51,357 nucleotides of DNA from Halocafeteria seosinensis (GCA_001687465.1 LVLI01000583.1:1-51357), one strand, 5' to 3'; counted from the stretch's first letter, positions 35,330 through 49,261 are shown. Made by a program: numbers and translations. Notes: generated from the sequence alone by a model not told the origin.

Positions 35330-38300
35330 ATGTCATCGTTATCCACTCCTGCAACGTCGAACGTGGCCAGTGCCACTGCCAGGACGAGCAAGAATTTCCC
35401 GATGGAGCCTCAGCAGAGCGCAGTCATACCAACAGAGAGCACGTCGGCAAATCCGGAAGATAAAACTGCCCCATTGTTTCCGAGTAGTCTGTCCAAAACG
35501 CACTCGAGTGTTGACGTCTCCACAGAGAAACACAGTGAACGACCTCCCACGAATTCCTCCTCTCCTGCACAGATAGGAGAGGTCGTGGCTTTACCGGAGC
35601 CTTTGCGATCATTTCAAGAGTACGATGCTTTTCTTGACGAGGAGACGGGACACGAATACTTCTATAACCGGCGGACACATGAATCAACGTGGGTAGCGCC
35701 ATATGAAGAGCTACTGAACCCACGACTGCAAGCGTACTTACTTTTGTCAAAGCTGATGTATAATCCGTACGATCCTGAACAGCCACATCCACTTTCCAGT
35801 CAAGGTACGGTCTTTGCGAAGTAGAACAAGCAGTCATTCATTATCCTGTATGCTAGCTCCTTTCAGGTGATTGGAGCTTGTACTTGGATGAAGAATCATT
35901 GAACCTTTACTATGTACGTCTGGTTTTTCAAATATGCTGTATCTACTTATATTTTTGCACGCTAGTTGGAATGATTGCTGCTATGTTTATGTTGTGCAGT
36001 GCAACGACGAAACAGGAGAAAGTTGTTGGGAATGCCCCAGTGACTGGGATCCGGAAAACGCAATGGTTCCGCCACTTGCTGTGCTTTCTGGTAACATGGA
36101 AGGAGAATGGATCAACTTGGTAAGTGTTCCGTTCAGCGTCTCAGTAAGTATAACTCTCCTCCTTGATCTACAATGTGCTACAGCTTAATGATGAAAGCAA
36201 TAATCCCGCGGCTGACGATTCACCTGCTAGCGTCGAAGCTCCTGGACATTCCACGGAGGAGCCAGTACTACACGACAGCGCCAATAACAACGCACCGCAG
36301 AATTTGAACTCCACGAAAGAGCCCGCCATAGATGGAAACAATAAAATGTCTAATGGTACTCTATCCTCCCCGCAGACAGCGGAGCATGACCCAAATCCCA
36401 CTGCCGACAAGGACGCAGAGGAAAACAACAAGTTATGGTTCGTCTACCGGGATTTCGAAACGTTGCAGCAGTACTTCACCAATCCTGAAACCCATGAAAC
36501 AGTTTGGGAACCACCGCGAGCCATTGCTTGTTTAGTGGTTGACCACGAGTATGCACCTATTCAACCTGGGAAATGGAAGGAGTATGTCCACGACTACTCA
36601 GAGAGCGAGAATAGTTACGTCGCTAGGGTTCATAATTGGGAAATTTATGAAGACGCTGCAACAGGTCTCATGTACTACCACAACACAGATTCTAAAGAAA
36701 CGACGTGGGAAGTACCGGACGAGGTAAAAACTGCTACTGCTGAAGAATTCGAGGCAGGAGATAGTACGGTGCCGGAAATAGCCCAAGATCAAGAGCGCAG
36801 CGATGCACCTTCGACGGGTAAGTTCCTTGTTTATGACTCTTAACGTTACTTCAGGCGGCCAAGACGATGCTCCACGTCGCAGAGGAGACGCAAGTGAAAG
36901 ACGGAGACTTACCGGTAGAAGTTTTCGAGGTAAGACATAGTAAAGCTGTACAAGAGGCTGAGGAGTCCGCGCCGGAACGTGCGTCCTCAGATATATCCGA
37001 CCAACAGAAAACTCCACAATCTAAGACAAACGACAACACCATTGCTCCCACGTCGAGAGAAGCAGAACCTATCAGCACATGTGTGTCGAAAACAAGCATA
37101 TCGGTGTCACCGGGGTCGTCCGATGTGCAGTCGGATGCCGTAACCAACGCCGTTACAGACAATTCAGATCCAGGTCACGGAAAAGAAGCAGATAGTTCCT
37201 TGCTGAGAACTGGAGTCGATAGTGCCATTAACAAGACTGAGACCCATCCAGGTACTGATCAAACCCATGAAGAGTTCGGAAAAGGCGATGCAAACGCAGG
37301 CAATGCCACAGTTGAGGAACCGGTCATATTCGAATCCAACGGGGGCACGGATGGCCAGTCTACTACTGTTCAGCAGGCGCCAAAGGCCGCTCGTACAACA
37401 TCACTCTCAGAAACGTTGATCATCGACGTATCGGCAACAAGTAATGCCGATGTTACTGAAGCTGAAACAACCGTTACAAGTAGTGCTGTAAGCTCATCAA
37501 GGTCGCCAACCGGCTCAAACGTCGCGAAACAAGAAACCGCTGGTTCTCCCTCAGCCCAAAGGGAAACAGAATATGGCTCCAGCAGTGTTTCAACGACGGC
37601 TAGTGCATTCCCGTCTAAGGCAACGGCTACTGCAACAGAGCAACCAAGAGAAAAACAGTCGGACACGCCTTCCCCAAGCTCACCCTCCCATAAGAGTCCT
37701 CAAAGAAGGAGCAACGCGGTCTCTGAAACGCGATATACCTCTCCTAACAGCTCCGGTTCAGCTCGAGACGTTCTTGCTTTGAACGTCCCCAAGCCCAATC
37801 CTCCTCCTGAGGTCGCAACGAATGCCGTAGTGGCTCCCCCATCGCAAAAGCGGAAATTGGTTGGGATAAACTTCTTCGAAGGTCAGACACGACCTACTGG
37901 AGGACTGCAATCATTTCTCGCTTCAGTTCAAGGGAATGATCAAGGAGATAGTGAAGCTTCAGCGGGGGAAGGAACACTGGAGGAAGCTCCAGTAAATACT
38001 GAAAATGCATCTGGAACACACGACACGACGACACAAGCAAGTGACTCCCATCAAGAGCAGGCCAAGACGGAGTACAAGGCGGTTCCTTACACTATCGACT
38101 ATCCGGCAGCTCCGCCTAAACCTTCTACCACTCCGAACCCGTCCTTCTTTGGGTTTGGAGCACTCACCGGCGTAGTAAGAACGAAGAAATACAAGAGCAA
38201 GCCCTTGCCTCCAGAAATGTCCGGATCGGAGACCGCCCAGGATCAGCCAACACCGGGGACGGGAAACGGCCAGGCGGAAGAAGAAACGGAGACAATAAAA

Positions 38301-38960
38301 GAGAAGGTGCTGAAAGCGAAGCAAGCAAAAGAATTGGAGGAAGCGGAGGCGAAAGAATTGGATAATAAGGATCTTGACGGAGACAATAGTGAAAAATTGA
38401 ACACCCTTCACACACTCTCTGGAATCTGTGGGCTATCACCACAGGAGATGGCCAAATCGTTAGAGCGGTTCAAAGCAACCAGTAATAGTCAGGTCGGCGT
38501 GCTTTGTTGGGTACAAACGCACATGAAGAAACTCAAGTCGCAATTACGAAATGCTGAAGCAGCAGTCAAACAGCTCGAGGGGGATACTTCCGGTCGGTTG
38601 GAAGAAGCTCAAGAGAATCTTTCCAAGTTACTAAACTCCCTGAAGCAGTTACAGGAATGGGAGCAAAAGGAGCGGGAGCGACGACGGAGAATGAATTCCG
38701 AGATGAACAAACACTTGCAGCAAATGAAACAAGAAGAAGAGCAAGAAGTGGCATCCAAGCGAGAGAAAATACAGCAGCAGAAGGAACGGTATAAGCAGCG
38801 CCTGAAAGAAACCAAAACTGAAGCAAAGAATAGGGCGAAGATGAAAGGTGCTGAGGAGAGAAAGCTGGTAGAAGCCAAAATGAGGGAGAAAAAATTAGCA
38901 GAAGAGGAAGCTTTAAGGAAGAAGCGAGAACGAATTCGAGCCGCCAAAAAATCTAAGTGA
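35330..38960 (+). CDS. Protein with four WW domains, a long disordered Ser/Thr-rich middle and a C-terminal coiled coil
   Basis: Introns 35805-35866, 35914-35999, 36120-36183 and 36818-36882 keep the frame. WW-like units: YFYNRRTHESTWVAP, YY|CNDETGESCWECP, YFTNPETHETVWEPP, YYHNTDSKETTWEVP. The C-terminus is an E/K/Q/R-rich helix. Confidence 0.85.
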
Positions 38961-39019
38961 AACGCGACTTGCAACTGAACCTAGTGTGCATTCACATAGC
39001 TATAAATACTTGTTGCGAA

Positions 39020-42000
39020 TTATAAAAACGTCCGGCTAAATCGATCGATTCCAAAGGAGAGAGCCGTGTCCGCCCCGAGTAAGACGAGGAAAGCATTACG
39101 AGAAAACCCTTCTGGAATCGGGATCACTTGAAGCATTTCAGTGATGTCAGGGTACAAGTTGAGGCTTGCTATATACACCAAGCAGAAAATGAGAAGCAGT
39201 CCCCTCCATAGTTTTGTATTGTCCTTCAGGGGCTCCATGAAAGGCTCTCCATGGTAATTCACTGCAAAAGTTGTGGCTTGCATCGAGAGGGTCAACAAAA
39301 ATACGACACTATTAATAATGTTCGGTTTGAACTGCTTATCCATATCCATGTTCGGGTCAATATACGATGAAAACATGTACACAGTTAAGGCCATTGAGGA
39401 TAAATGAATGAAGAATTGCCCAAAAATAGAAACCAGTAGCTGTCGGTTGAAGACCGAACTGTGTGGTCGCTCCTTAGTTAAACCTTCATAAGGTTTTCCA
39501 AACGAAATAAACATAAAAAAGAGAGCCTGCGACATTCCCGAGATTGTTGCTTGTGTATCCCCGGACTTCACTCCATAGAGCGACAAAGCCGAAAGCTGAT
39601 AACTAGCCAACAAGGAGTTAACAGCTAAAATACGAAACATTTGATGAGTCGTAACGAGTGTTCTCCTTCCTTCCCTGATGATAACTGGTACAACCTCGAT
39701 TGACGGCTTCTTGGAAGTAAACGGAGCAGCTATAGAAGCGTCACCGAATTGCGCGACTTGGCTTTCCATGGACATTTCCTTCTGAAGTTCCTGGATCTGC
39801 TTGTCCAATTGCTGGTTGGGAGCACTGGCACCCGTCTGTTGCTGCTGTTGGATTCTCTGTTCCTGGGTGTTTTGCAATCTCTCAGAAACGCTTTCGAGAT
39901 CCGGGTTCGAGATGATGGATATACCAACGACGGACTGCTTCAATGCACCTACATCGTTAGTTCCATCTCCGCACATTAATGTGGACGTTCCCATTCTATT
40001 CAAGGCAGTGATGATGTGTTCCTTTTGAGTTGGAGACACTCTAGCAAAAACTGACGCATTAAGATATACTTTCTCCAGAACACCCTTGTCATACTCCAAT
40101 TCAAGCCTTTCGAGCGCCGCTCCTGTCACGGCAAGTGAATAGTTATCCACTTGCTCTTGCAAAAATTTACTCGTGTCAAACAAGCCTCGTTCTGGGGTGG
40201 AGTTTGTGTAGTGGTCCAGATATTCCCATATTAAAGTCCCAGACTCATCGTCGAAGTTGATCACTCGAGAACTGGAGGAGGATGTTAGAGAGCACTGGTA
40301 AGCAACAGCAGCAGCAGTAAACGCATTGTCTCCAGTTATCATAATGAGCCGATGATTGGAGTCCTTGAGGGATCGAATCACCTTCTCAGACGAGGGTTTA
40401 AGGGGACAATCTACAACCAGAAATCCTACGAACGTCAAATCTTTCTCTAATTCTTCTCTTGATTCGAATTTGTCCCGTACATGCCCACTACGTCCTGTTT
40501 TGGAACTGATGTCGAGCTCCTTGTACGCAAGAGCTAGGACTCGGCATCCCGCAGCTGTTAGTCTCAATGCTGCTTCACTATAGTGTTCAGGGGTCTCTCG
40601 CAGCAAACGCTGAATTACCTCTGGAGCTCCTTTCACGCATACATAACATTGGTTGCTATCAGTGGGGTGGACCACTGTGCACATCCTTTTGAGCGCAGAC
40701 GAAAACGGATACCTGTGCAAAACATTTATAGCTTTGGAGGAGTTTGAGTCCTTCATCGTATTGTGTCCAACGGCTCTCCATCCCATTGATTGCAGGACGG
40801 CGATCTCTAAAGGATCACCTACCATATCACCCTTAGATTTTTCCTTCTCCGGTTTTGAGAGTGAGGGCTTCTTCGAAGCTGCCGCTTTTCCTATACTGGA
40901 GACATTGTTGCATCCCGCCAAAACAGTAGTGGTGTTCGCTTTAGCAAGGTGTGGCTCTACTAAAGGGAAGCCTGCTATGCATGCAGGGCCTTTGTCTTTC
41001 CCAGATTTCGGTGTTAGGTTGGTAACGAGTCCCTTGACATACACCTTTTCGGTGGTTAGAGTTCCTGTCTTATCAAAGCAGCAGGTGTCAACTTTTCCGC
41101 TCATTGGGATTCTAAAGGGTTCCGTGCAGAAAATTGCCTGACGAGTGAGGGCGCCCAGAGACGTGCTCACTGCCATAGAGAGTTCCAACGGAAGTTCTGG
41201 CGGAACGACGGATGTTAAGATCATTATACAATGTAGTGTGAGCTTAAACCGAGATCGACTTTCGTCCTGAACACCATGATACAAGACGTATGATGATGCT
41301 ATGATCGCAAAGAACAACAGAAGTAGCAGGAAAAAGTAAGCTTCCGTGTTATCCACTGTGACACGTTCCGAAGAAAATAAAATTGTCCGCATCAAATCAC
41401 CTTGAGCGGTATAATAGCCTGTGCGTAATACAACAGCCTTGGCGTACTCGTCCTGAGAGGAATCACTCGATACACCAGAGCAGGAGATGATGTTGGTACC
41501 GCCGTAAATGACATTGGATGTATAATCAGAAAACCAGGACTTCTCATCTTTTGCATCGCTTTTGTTTTGATCTGTCGAAATTGCCTCTTTAACGTGCGGA
41601 ATGCTCTCACCAGTAAGCATAGCCTCATTAACAATTGATTGTCCCTCCAGAAGCATAACGTCAGCTGGACAAACCGAATCATCTTCCACTGCTTTAGAAT
41701 GTTTGCCGGTAAAGTAGTCGTACAGGCTTCTCATCGTTGGCTGTTTTGGTGCTTCCATTGCAGTTGAAGGATTGCGCTCCTTTTCCTCCTTGTATTCCCG
41801 CATCTTGCGCGTATACACTGTCAAAGGGTTTTCAGGTTTGGCTGCTGCCTGTTGCGCTTCCCGTTCAGCCTTGTCTTTGGTTTTCAGTTGGATGATGTCT
41901 CCCGGGAGTAGTTTGGCTGCATCAACTACCGTCCATTGGCCCTGCGTACACAAGACAACATTGTCAACAGGTAAATACTCTGAAAAATGGAGATAGGAGA

Positions 42001-43362
42001 ACTTAAGCTTACATCACGCAGTGCGTTGACCGGAGCCGGGTGAGGTCGCATTTGCCTCAACGAGCTGTGTTGGTGAAGCCTTTGGAGAACCTGTGTTGCC
42101 TCCAGGAAAACTAGCATGAACAGTGTAAACAAGCTGTAATACCAGTATTCGTCGAGGCACCAAAGTAAAACACAAAACATTTGAAAGACAAAGAACGGCG
42201 CAAGAGCATGCTCCTTGAACAATTCTCCAAAACTTGGTAATGGAAGCTTAAGGTCATTGCTGTCATCTCCATACATCTCTTGCAAGCGTTGAACCGTTGA
42301 CGTTCTCAACCCAGGAAAATGCTTGTACCACGAAGAGTTCCGCTGCAACGGGAACGAAAGTGGTCTTACAACGGTCCTTTTGTTTGCACCTGCGTGGTAC
42401 TCTACAACATAACGCGTATGCTGGAAGTCCAGCAAAAACAATTGGGGGTTTTTCGACTCGTTTCTACGACTAGTGTAGTCCCCCCCTCTTTCAGCTTCAA
42501 GCTCTTCAATTTCATCAACAAATGATTCCAAAGGGACGAGCGGTATAATCGCAGGTTTACCCTTATTTTTCTGTGGAAATATGGCGACATAATCAGCATC
42601 GGCGGGCGTAGAGTTGACCTGCACTCGATATACGGCATCAACGATGTTTTTTTAGACTCGGGACACTTGAGATTGTTAGGAAGCACGAACCTGGCGATAT
42701 AAAAAGAAGGCTTCGTACTCTACGGACCACTCTTGTAATAAAAAGCACAATCCTTGTAAGCATGCAATAACGGGTATCAAAAAGTAGCATACCGCCGCAC
42801 GGATATCATACGGAGCCATCTGTACCAGCATATTTGGTTTAATATCCTCTTCTTGTTGGTCTTCTTCCTCCTCGGTGGTGGCACCCTTTCCCTGATGATG
42901 CTGCTCTAGTGTTTCTGGACTGTCAAATAGGTCATCCAGATTGTCATTTGCGTCCATGGTAGTTTGGCTATGACTCTCTAGTGTTCTCGTAGAGTTTCGT
43001 AGCGCAGCTTCGTCTTGCTGCGCTTGCTGAATAGCGTCTTCAGAAGGGTTGACGACGGCAAAGTAATAGGTTCCCGCGATGAGAAGTAGGTAGAGGACAA
43101 CAAATGGCCACTTATCCAGTGTGGTCCATTTGTGTCGTTTCTTGAGCCAAAGTGTCTTGGTGATGCGATTCTTCACTTGCGGGTGAAACAACACATCATT
43201 CATGTCCCTTTCATACGCTTCAAGTCCCTCCTTTTGTTCCCGAGGACTCGCTTTCTCCTCCTCCTCCTCCTTATTATTAATAATATCATCATCATCTTTA
43301 TCATCATGGTTCCTCGTCGTCCTCTTGGACGCACGGTGTCGAAGACCACCCTCAGACGACAT
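39020..43362 (-). CDS. SPF1: P5A-type ATPase (Spf1/ATP13A1, ER transmembrane-helix dislocase)
   Basis: Exons 43362-42691, 42618-42013, 41941-39020. APFFVFQ, LTGES, VVPPELP (P5A), CFDKTGTLT, KGAPE, MITGDN, GDGTNDVGALK. Confidence 0.96.
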
Positions 43363-43844
43363 TACTTTGAGAACAAGAAAAGTGAATGAGGGAGAGAGTG
43401 GGAACGCACGCTTCTAGCTAGCAAGCTGAATGAATATTCACCTGCATGTATGCATGCAAGGTGGCATGCAGTCTGGAATGGGATAAAGCGACAAAGAAGA
43501 AGATAAGGCAATCAATTAAGGGTTTTCTCTGACACATACACACACACGCACACAGAAAGAGTTCTTTGTAGCACTCTCCTACTTATAGAAGCGCATTCTA
43601 CCGTACATTCCTACTGCATTGGCTAATACAGTACACCTTCTAAGTCACCGGCGTAGCGCTGCTTGAAGTCACTCACCACCCAGTGGCACCCACCAAGGTG
43701 TCTGTCTGTCCCAGGCTGAGGCAGGCAGGCACATGCACATGCACATGACCTTTTTTCTCTCGGGCAATTGATTGTCTACGAGCGCAGATTAATATGTGGT
43801 TTGCTGACAGCACACTGTCATAGGTAGTTCACTAGGCAAGGGAA

Positions 43845-44680
43845 ATGACGTCGAACCTGTCCCACACCTCCAAAGTGCATGGGAATCCCAGCATCACAGA
43901 CTATGCAGCTAGCAGCAACAGCGACAAGAGTTTGCCTGCATCACTATCAGCCTCTTCATCCTCCTCTCTCGGAGGAGCAGAGGCACAACAGCGAGGGAAC
44001 GGTGGTGTTCCCATGGACCTGAATGTGGATGGCAGCAAGAGAGAGACAGATACGAGGTGGTGGATTGGACTCGGTATTTCGGCCACAGTTGCAGCCGTAA
44101 CTGTGACAACAGCGACGTGGATGGGATGGAAATATCGGAAGCGAATTGGACAGTACTTGTATACACTATGGTATGGCTCCGAAGAGCGTCTGCATAAACA
44201 GTATATCTGCCAGTCTCTGGATATAGTGGACCGCAATATTGACGCCATTGAAGAAGAGTTCTCACAAGTATACAACCAACTAGAGTCACTCCTAAAGGAA
44301 GCTTCGGAAAACGCAAGTGAAGAAAACGCACTGGAGTACAAGCGTAAAATCCAAGCGCTGCTACTTACATTGAATGAAGGCAAAAACGAAGCGGAGTCAG
44401 TCTTGGCCAATTTGGACCAGGTACGTTGAAACCTTTGTAAGCGCAGATGAATATACCGGTATGTGCAAAGTTATGTCTTTGTCATGTGTAACGAAAGGCG
44501 CAGCTTGTTATAAGGCGACTTAGTGATGGTCAAGAAATCGAGAATGTAGAAGAGGAGAAACAAAGGAAGAAGAAACTAAGCGAGAGAATCGACACACTGA
44601 CTGCTATGTGGGAATCGCTATGTATCCAGGCGCGGCAGAAGAATGCAGTACTTCAAAGAATGGATGACATCTATTCTTAG
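43845..44680 (+). CDS. Single-pass membrane protein with C-terminal helical bundle, possibly BAG-like
   Basis: TM segment WWIGLGISATVAAVTVTTATW is followed by basic residues. Intron 44421-44503 joins ...SVLANLDQ|LVIRR...KQRKKKLSERIDTL; stop at 44678-44680. Confidence 0.7.
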
Positions 44681-45511
44681 CAAGGAATGCGGTTTGATTC
44701 ATGACTACCGCCATGGGTTGTTTCCAACATTGGTTCACAACGGGAAGTGCTTCTGTTCAAGGGTTATATCCCTCTGTGGTGGTTAATTTTAACAAGCGCA
44801 ATCTCGCTGCTGACTTTGCTAGGAGTTGTTACCATTAGAGCCAAAGAGGTGCTTTGCTTGTTGTAGAGACTGGCCGAGAGAGAACTCCAGTGCATTTTAG
44901 CTTTTCAAAGAGTACTTACAGAGTTCTGTAGGCAAAGCGGGGAAAGTTGATTTTGGTACGCGCCGATTTCCCCATCCAGAAGTGTTCCTCTTTAGGAAGG
45001 GTAGTTGCGGCGGGAATGTTGGAAACTTGTGATGTTTTCGCCGGTTTACCGGGAACACGGCACGGATGGTGCATTCGCCGAACTATTTTAATTAATCCAC
45101 ACCGCTTATTTGTTTCCCCTATGGTTTGAAAGTTTGAAAACGAACTAGTCTTTCAGTTGGAGCCCGGAAGCGGTTTCCTAGAAAAAACAACAGACTGCCA
45201 GCAGTGCTTGTGTTCATATGAAATAGCCATCGCAAATTCCGGCATGGCAGCTTGAAATGCAATTCATGGTTTAACATGTATTATTATAAGATAGCTGTCT
45301 AGACTGAAGCAACCGATAACCGTTCCTCTTAACCAGAAACTGAGTTACACAGCAGCAATTTCAAGAAAGTATCCGATTGAGGAGTCCGTTTATTGTCGGT
45401 TAGCATGTACACTCGGGGGTCATGATCTGTTGGAGGACGAATAGAAGCATTAGTACAGCCATGTACACTGCAAGATTGGTTTCCCCTGCATTGGCACGAA
45501 TCACGAAAGAG

Positions 45512-45961
45512 TCACATTTGTCCCACATCGTCTCTAGTAGATAAATAATGAGACATACCAAACACTTCATTCGTGTTCCTGCCACCCACGGTTGCTCCTG
45601 CACCACCATGCCCAGGTTCTAACGTTTGAGTACCTGATTCATCTTCGTCTTCAACCGAACAGGGATCCTTCCCACTTGGCAGTTGATCCTCACTTGTACT
45701 CGCGGACGCTGCTGCTCCACTTCCTTCATCAGAGCGTTGGTCCGAACAACCTTCAGCATCTTCACCATGTCGACACCGGCGAGACTGTCGTGGTTCCACA
45801 TTAGTTTCTTCCATTTCTCCTGTCCCTTGCCTACTCGATGCAGCATATTCATTCCTTGTAGTTGCTGCAGAATGCACTCGATGGTTCTGTTGGCTGTTGC
45901 TGCCACGGCTACCCTCCTGTTGCCTATGCCTCGTAGGAGTTCGGTGGGAATCGTCAGCCAT
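45512..45961 (-). CDS. Hypothetical low-complexity protein (possibly first exon of a spliced gene)
   Basis: Open frame from ATG at 45961 (MADDSHRTP...) with charged, disordered composition and an A-rich context (CAAAAAAATG). No recognisable domain. Confidence 0.35.
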   Translation of the reverse strand: MADDSHRTPTRHRQQEGSRGSNSQQNHRVHSAATTRNEYAASSRQGTGEMEETNVEPRQSRRCRHGEDAEGCSDQRSDEGSGAAASASTSEDQLPSGKDPCSVEDEDESGTQTLEPGHGGAGATVGGRNTNEVFGMSHYLSTRDDVGQM

Positions 45962-46866
45962 TTTTTTGTGTGAACGTTTCTTCTGTATCACTGTTTATTT
46001 GGCGCCTAATGTTCAGTAAGGGCCGGCAGATGTAATCACTGCGCGCAGACGTGTGTGTATGTGTCTAGAGTCTAGACTCGACGCAGATCGATCAGGTCAG
46101 CTTGCTTCAACCAGCAGCGGGCTTTGCTGGCTCATTTAACACCACTCCGATACGGTATCGAACATTAAAACACAGGCAAAGCCTCAATGAAAAATACCAC
46201 CATATGTAAGTAACAACAATCCGGTCCTCTCGTCGTCAATGGCTGTAGTTGTAGCAGCAAGGCTCTTTTTTTCTCGAAAGGCGTCCCTCCGGGACCTTCG
46301 GAACCTTCCAGGCTGAAGTTCCAGCAGGGCGGCCAGGGCTCCGCGGCGACATTGAATCTACGACTAGAACTACGGGGTTAGAGGGCGCAGCAAACTAGCT
46401 TGTGTTGTGCGCTTTTCGTCGATGGGTAGTTAGTGTTGCTGGATGGTCAGGAAACGCTGTTTCCTTGTCGTTTTCTGTATACGGTACATTGTACGTGAAT
46501 GACCCCTTTCCTGTCCTGTGTTCTGTTGTCGTTAGGCCAACTCGGAAAGAACGCAAAGCAGTCTCTCTGCACGGTCGTTTAAGGTAAGTTTTCTATCAAG
46601 CATGACTTTCGTTGTCGTAGACACGAGAACGTGCCGTTTATTACTTGGCTTTGCTGCCTGGATGAATGCATTCTGGTGTGGTTGGTGGTGAAGAACGCAG
46701 GCAAGGAAGGGAGTTCCAACTCGTCCCGTCGTATACCATACAGTAGAGAGTTGCTATACTCGGTATACAAGGACAGAGGTGTCATTCCTGCTGGAACGGA
46801 TGTGTTCGATGCTTGCCTTATTGTAAGCATTATCGTTTGAGCAGCAGGACGACGCTAACACCACTA

Positions 46867-48656
46867 ATGGACGTTTACGCCTGGGGGGAGAGGCGGCACC
46901 ACCACTACGGGAGAGGGAGCATGGGCTCCACCTCTCAATATCGAAGACTGCAGAATCCGCCGCCGCCGGAAGCAAGGAACGAGCACTCAAGAGACTCATT
47001 GTCACTTGAAGAAGCTCGAGTGGGGACGACAAAGTCCGCGACAAAAGATTCAGGAAGTCGAGCAAGCTCTATGTCGATTTGGAACCAGCATGACCCGCAG
47101 CTTCCTGGGATTTTACCGAGCAGTAGTGGTCGTCGCTCCAGGGAGAATCGTGTGCTTTCTCAAGGAAAACAACGAACCTATGACGTTGGTGATGGAGTGG
47201 CTTTGAACTACGGAGGATCACACTCCAAGTTGAATGGTTCAGCCGTCGGGAACCAAGGAAGGCCACGCACATATAATAATCATGGCTATTGTGAGCAGGA
47301 TTCTCAAAGAGAAAAGGGAAGAACTGCCAGCCGAAGTAAACTACGTCGAGACTTCGGGGAAAGAGACTCCCCAGTGGATGGCCCAGTGTCAGCAGGTGGT
47401 ACTCAGTCTAGTGCGCGCAGCTCCATCTCGCGGCACCGTTCTAGTCCTCGGGGACTTGTGGGTCTTGTTAATATGGGCAACACCTGCTTTATGAATAGTT
47501 GCATTCAATGCCTCGCTAACATTCCACCTTTGGTGCACTTCTTCCTGGATAATTCATGGCGAAAGGCTTTGAATGTTAAGAGTGAGACGAAGGGAAGAGT
47601 TGCCACAGCGCTGGGAGATCTTTTGCAGCGGTTATGGAAAGAAGGATCGTCAGGCTCTTCTGAACGCCCTTCGGAGATTAAGCGACTTGTGGGGAGAATT
47701 AGTCCTCGGTTTGCGGGCTTCGACCAACAGGATGCTCAAGAATTTTTGAGATTCTTGCTGGACGCCTTAAACGATGACCTGAACCGTGTTCGAAGTAAGA
47801 TCCCCTATAAAGAATTGGACGAATCACCGGACCAGTCGGATCGTGAAGTATCTGAAGAATGGTGGGACTACCACTGCAAGAGAAACAACAGCATCGTGAA
47901 CGACCTCTTTGGTGGTCAGTTGAAGAGTGAAGTGAAGTGCCTGTCTTGTGGCGCAGTTTCGCGGTGTTTCGATCCCTTTCTGGATTTGTCGCTTCAGATT
48001 CCACAATCGGTGCAGGCTGCGGGTCGACGGTCTTCTGGAAGGTTTGGCTCAAATCGTAATATTTCGATCCACAACTGCTTAAAATCGTATATTGGGCCAG
48101 AAAGAATCAGCGCTGAAGGATATATTTGCAAGAGGTGTAAACGGGAAACTTCTTGTGAAAAGTACTTAACAATATTCAAGAGCCCTGAAATTTTGGTGTT
48201 TCATTTGAAGCGGTTCACCTTCTCCACGTTTCGCCGTAGTAAGATCACCGCCAGTATTGATTTCCCAACTCTGCAGCTTGACATTTCACCGTATATTTCA
48301 AAGAATTGTAAGTCTTCGTGAATTGCATTTGTAATGTATAATAGTAACATTTGCGCTTCTTTGGCAATCGGAACCAGCTCACGAATGGAATGTCCCTCCT
48401 GTCTATGACCTCGTGGCCGTTTCGAACCACATGGGGACCCTCAATGGAGGTCATTATACCGCGTACGTGCTCAGGCTTTGTGACTGTCGAGTATTCGTCG
48501 GCTAGAAGTTTTGTATATGCTCACAGGGACGCACGGAATATGGATACGGGCGAATGGTACAACTTTAATGATACCAAGGTTTCCCCAATTTCTCCCGAGC
48601 AAATTTCCGGGAGCAATGCTTACATTCTGTTCTACGTCAAGAGAAACAAGGCCTAG
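46867..48656 (+). CDS. Ubiquitin-specific protease (peptidase C19, USP2/8/21-like)
   Basis: Cys box GLVNMGNTCFMNSCIQCL, QQDAQEF, two CxxC pairs and LKRF. Introns 48308-48377 and 48463-48526 give the His box YDLVAVSNHMGTLNGGHYTA|DARN...WYNFND. Confidence 0.94.
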
Positions 48657-48684
48657 TCTTATTCATGGAATATATATTACGAGC

Positions 48685-49261
48685 CTAATGACTGTGACCG
48701 CCGCTACCGGAACTGCGGCGCCTGGCTCTTCGCTCATTAGCCTCGTTCAAATGTTCCTGTTTGAAGCTTTTTGCCTCTGCGATGGTCAATTGTCGATAGT
48801 CTTCAACATTGAGTTCTTTCTTGTATTCAAAGGAAAACTCGAATTCAGGCGGTAGTTCAGGTTCCTCCAAGGAATATTGGCTCCTAACGCTATCAAAATA
48901 CGGGTGTGCAAGAGCGTCCTCAATGGATATTCTATTCGTTGGATGGAAAGCTAACATTTTGTCCAGTAGATCAAGCGCTTTCGCATTAGCATCGGGATAT
49001 ACCTCATTCCATGGCATTTTCTGTTTATGCGACAGGCTTTCCATAAACTTAATGGCTTGTTCGGATCGCACATACTCCAGTTCCTCCTTGGGAGGTGTTC
49101 CAATGACTTCGAAGATCAGTTTTAGTTGATGTATGAAATCTTTACCCGGAAACAGTGTCTTTCTCCCTAGCATTTCTGCAAAAATACAACCACAGCTCCA
49201 TATGTCAATGGACTCGTCGTAATTACCGTCAGCATTGGGCATCAGTTCAGGTGGTCTATAC
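48685..49261 (-). pseudogene. 3' half of a MAP kinase gene (subdomains VIII-XI and tail), N-terminal half absent
   Basis: YRPPEL...DIWSCGCIFAEMLGRKTLFPGKDFIHQL...ALDLLDKMLAFHPTNRISIEDALAHPYF. No AG acceptor precedes the YRPPE junction, and no GxGxxG/HRD/DFG exons appear in the remaining upstream DNA of this window. Confidence 0.75.

Noticed and set aside
31000..42686. Many antisense and alternate-frame ORFs inside AROM, the WW protein and the P5A ATPase
   Set aside because: They are shadows of long real coding frames and carry no independent motifs.
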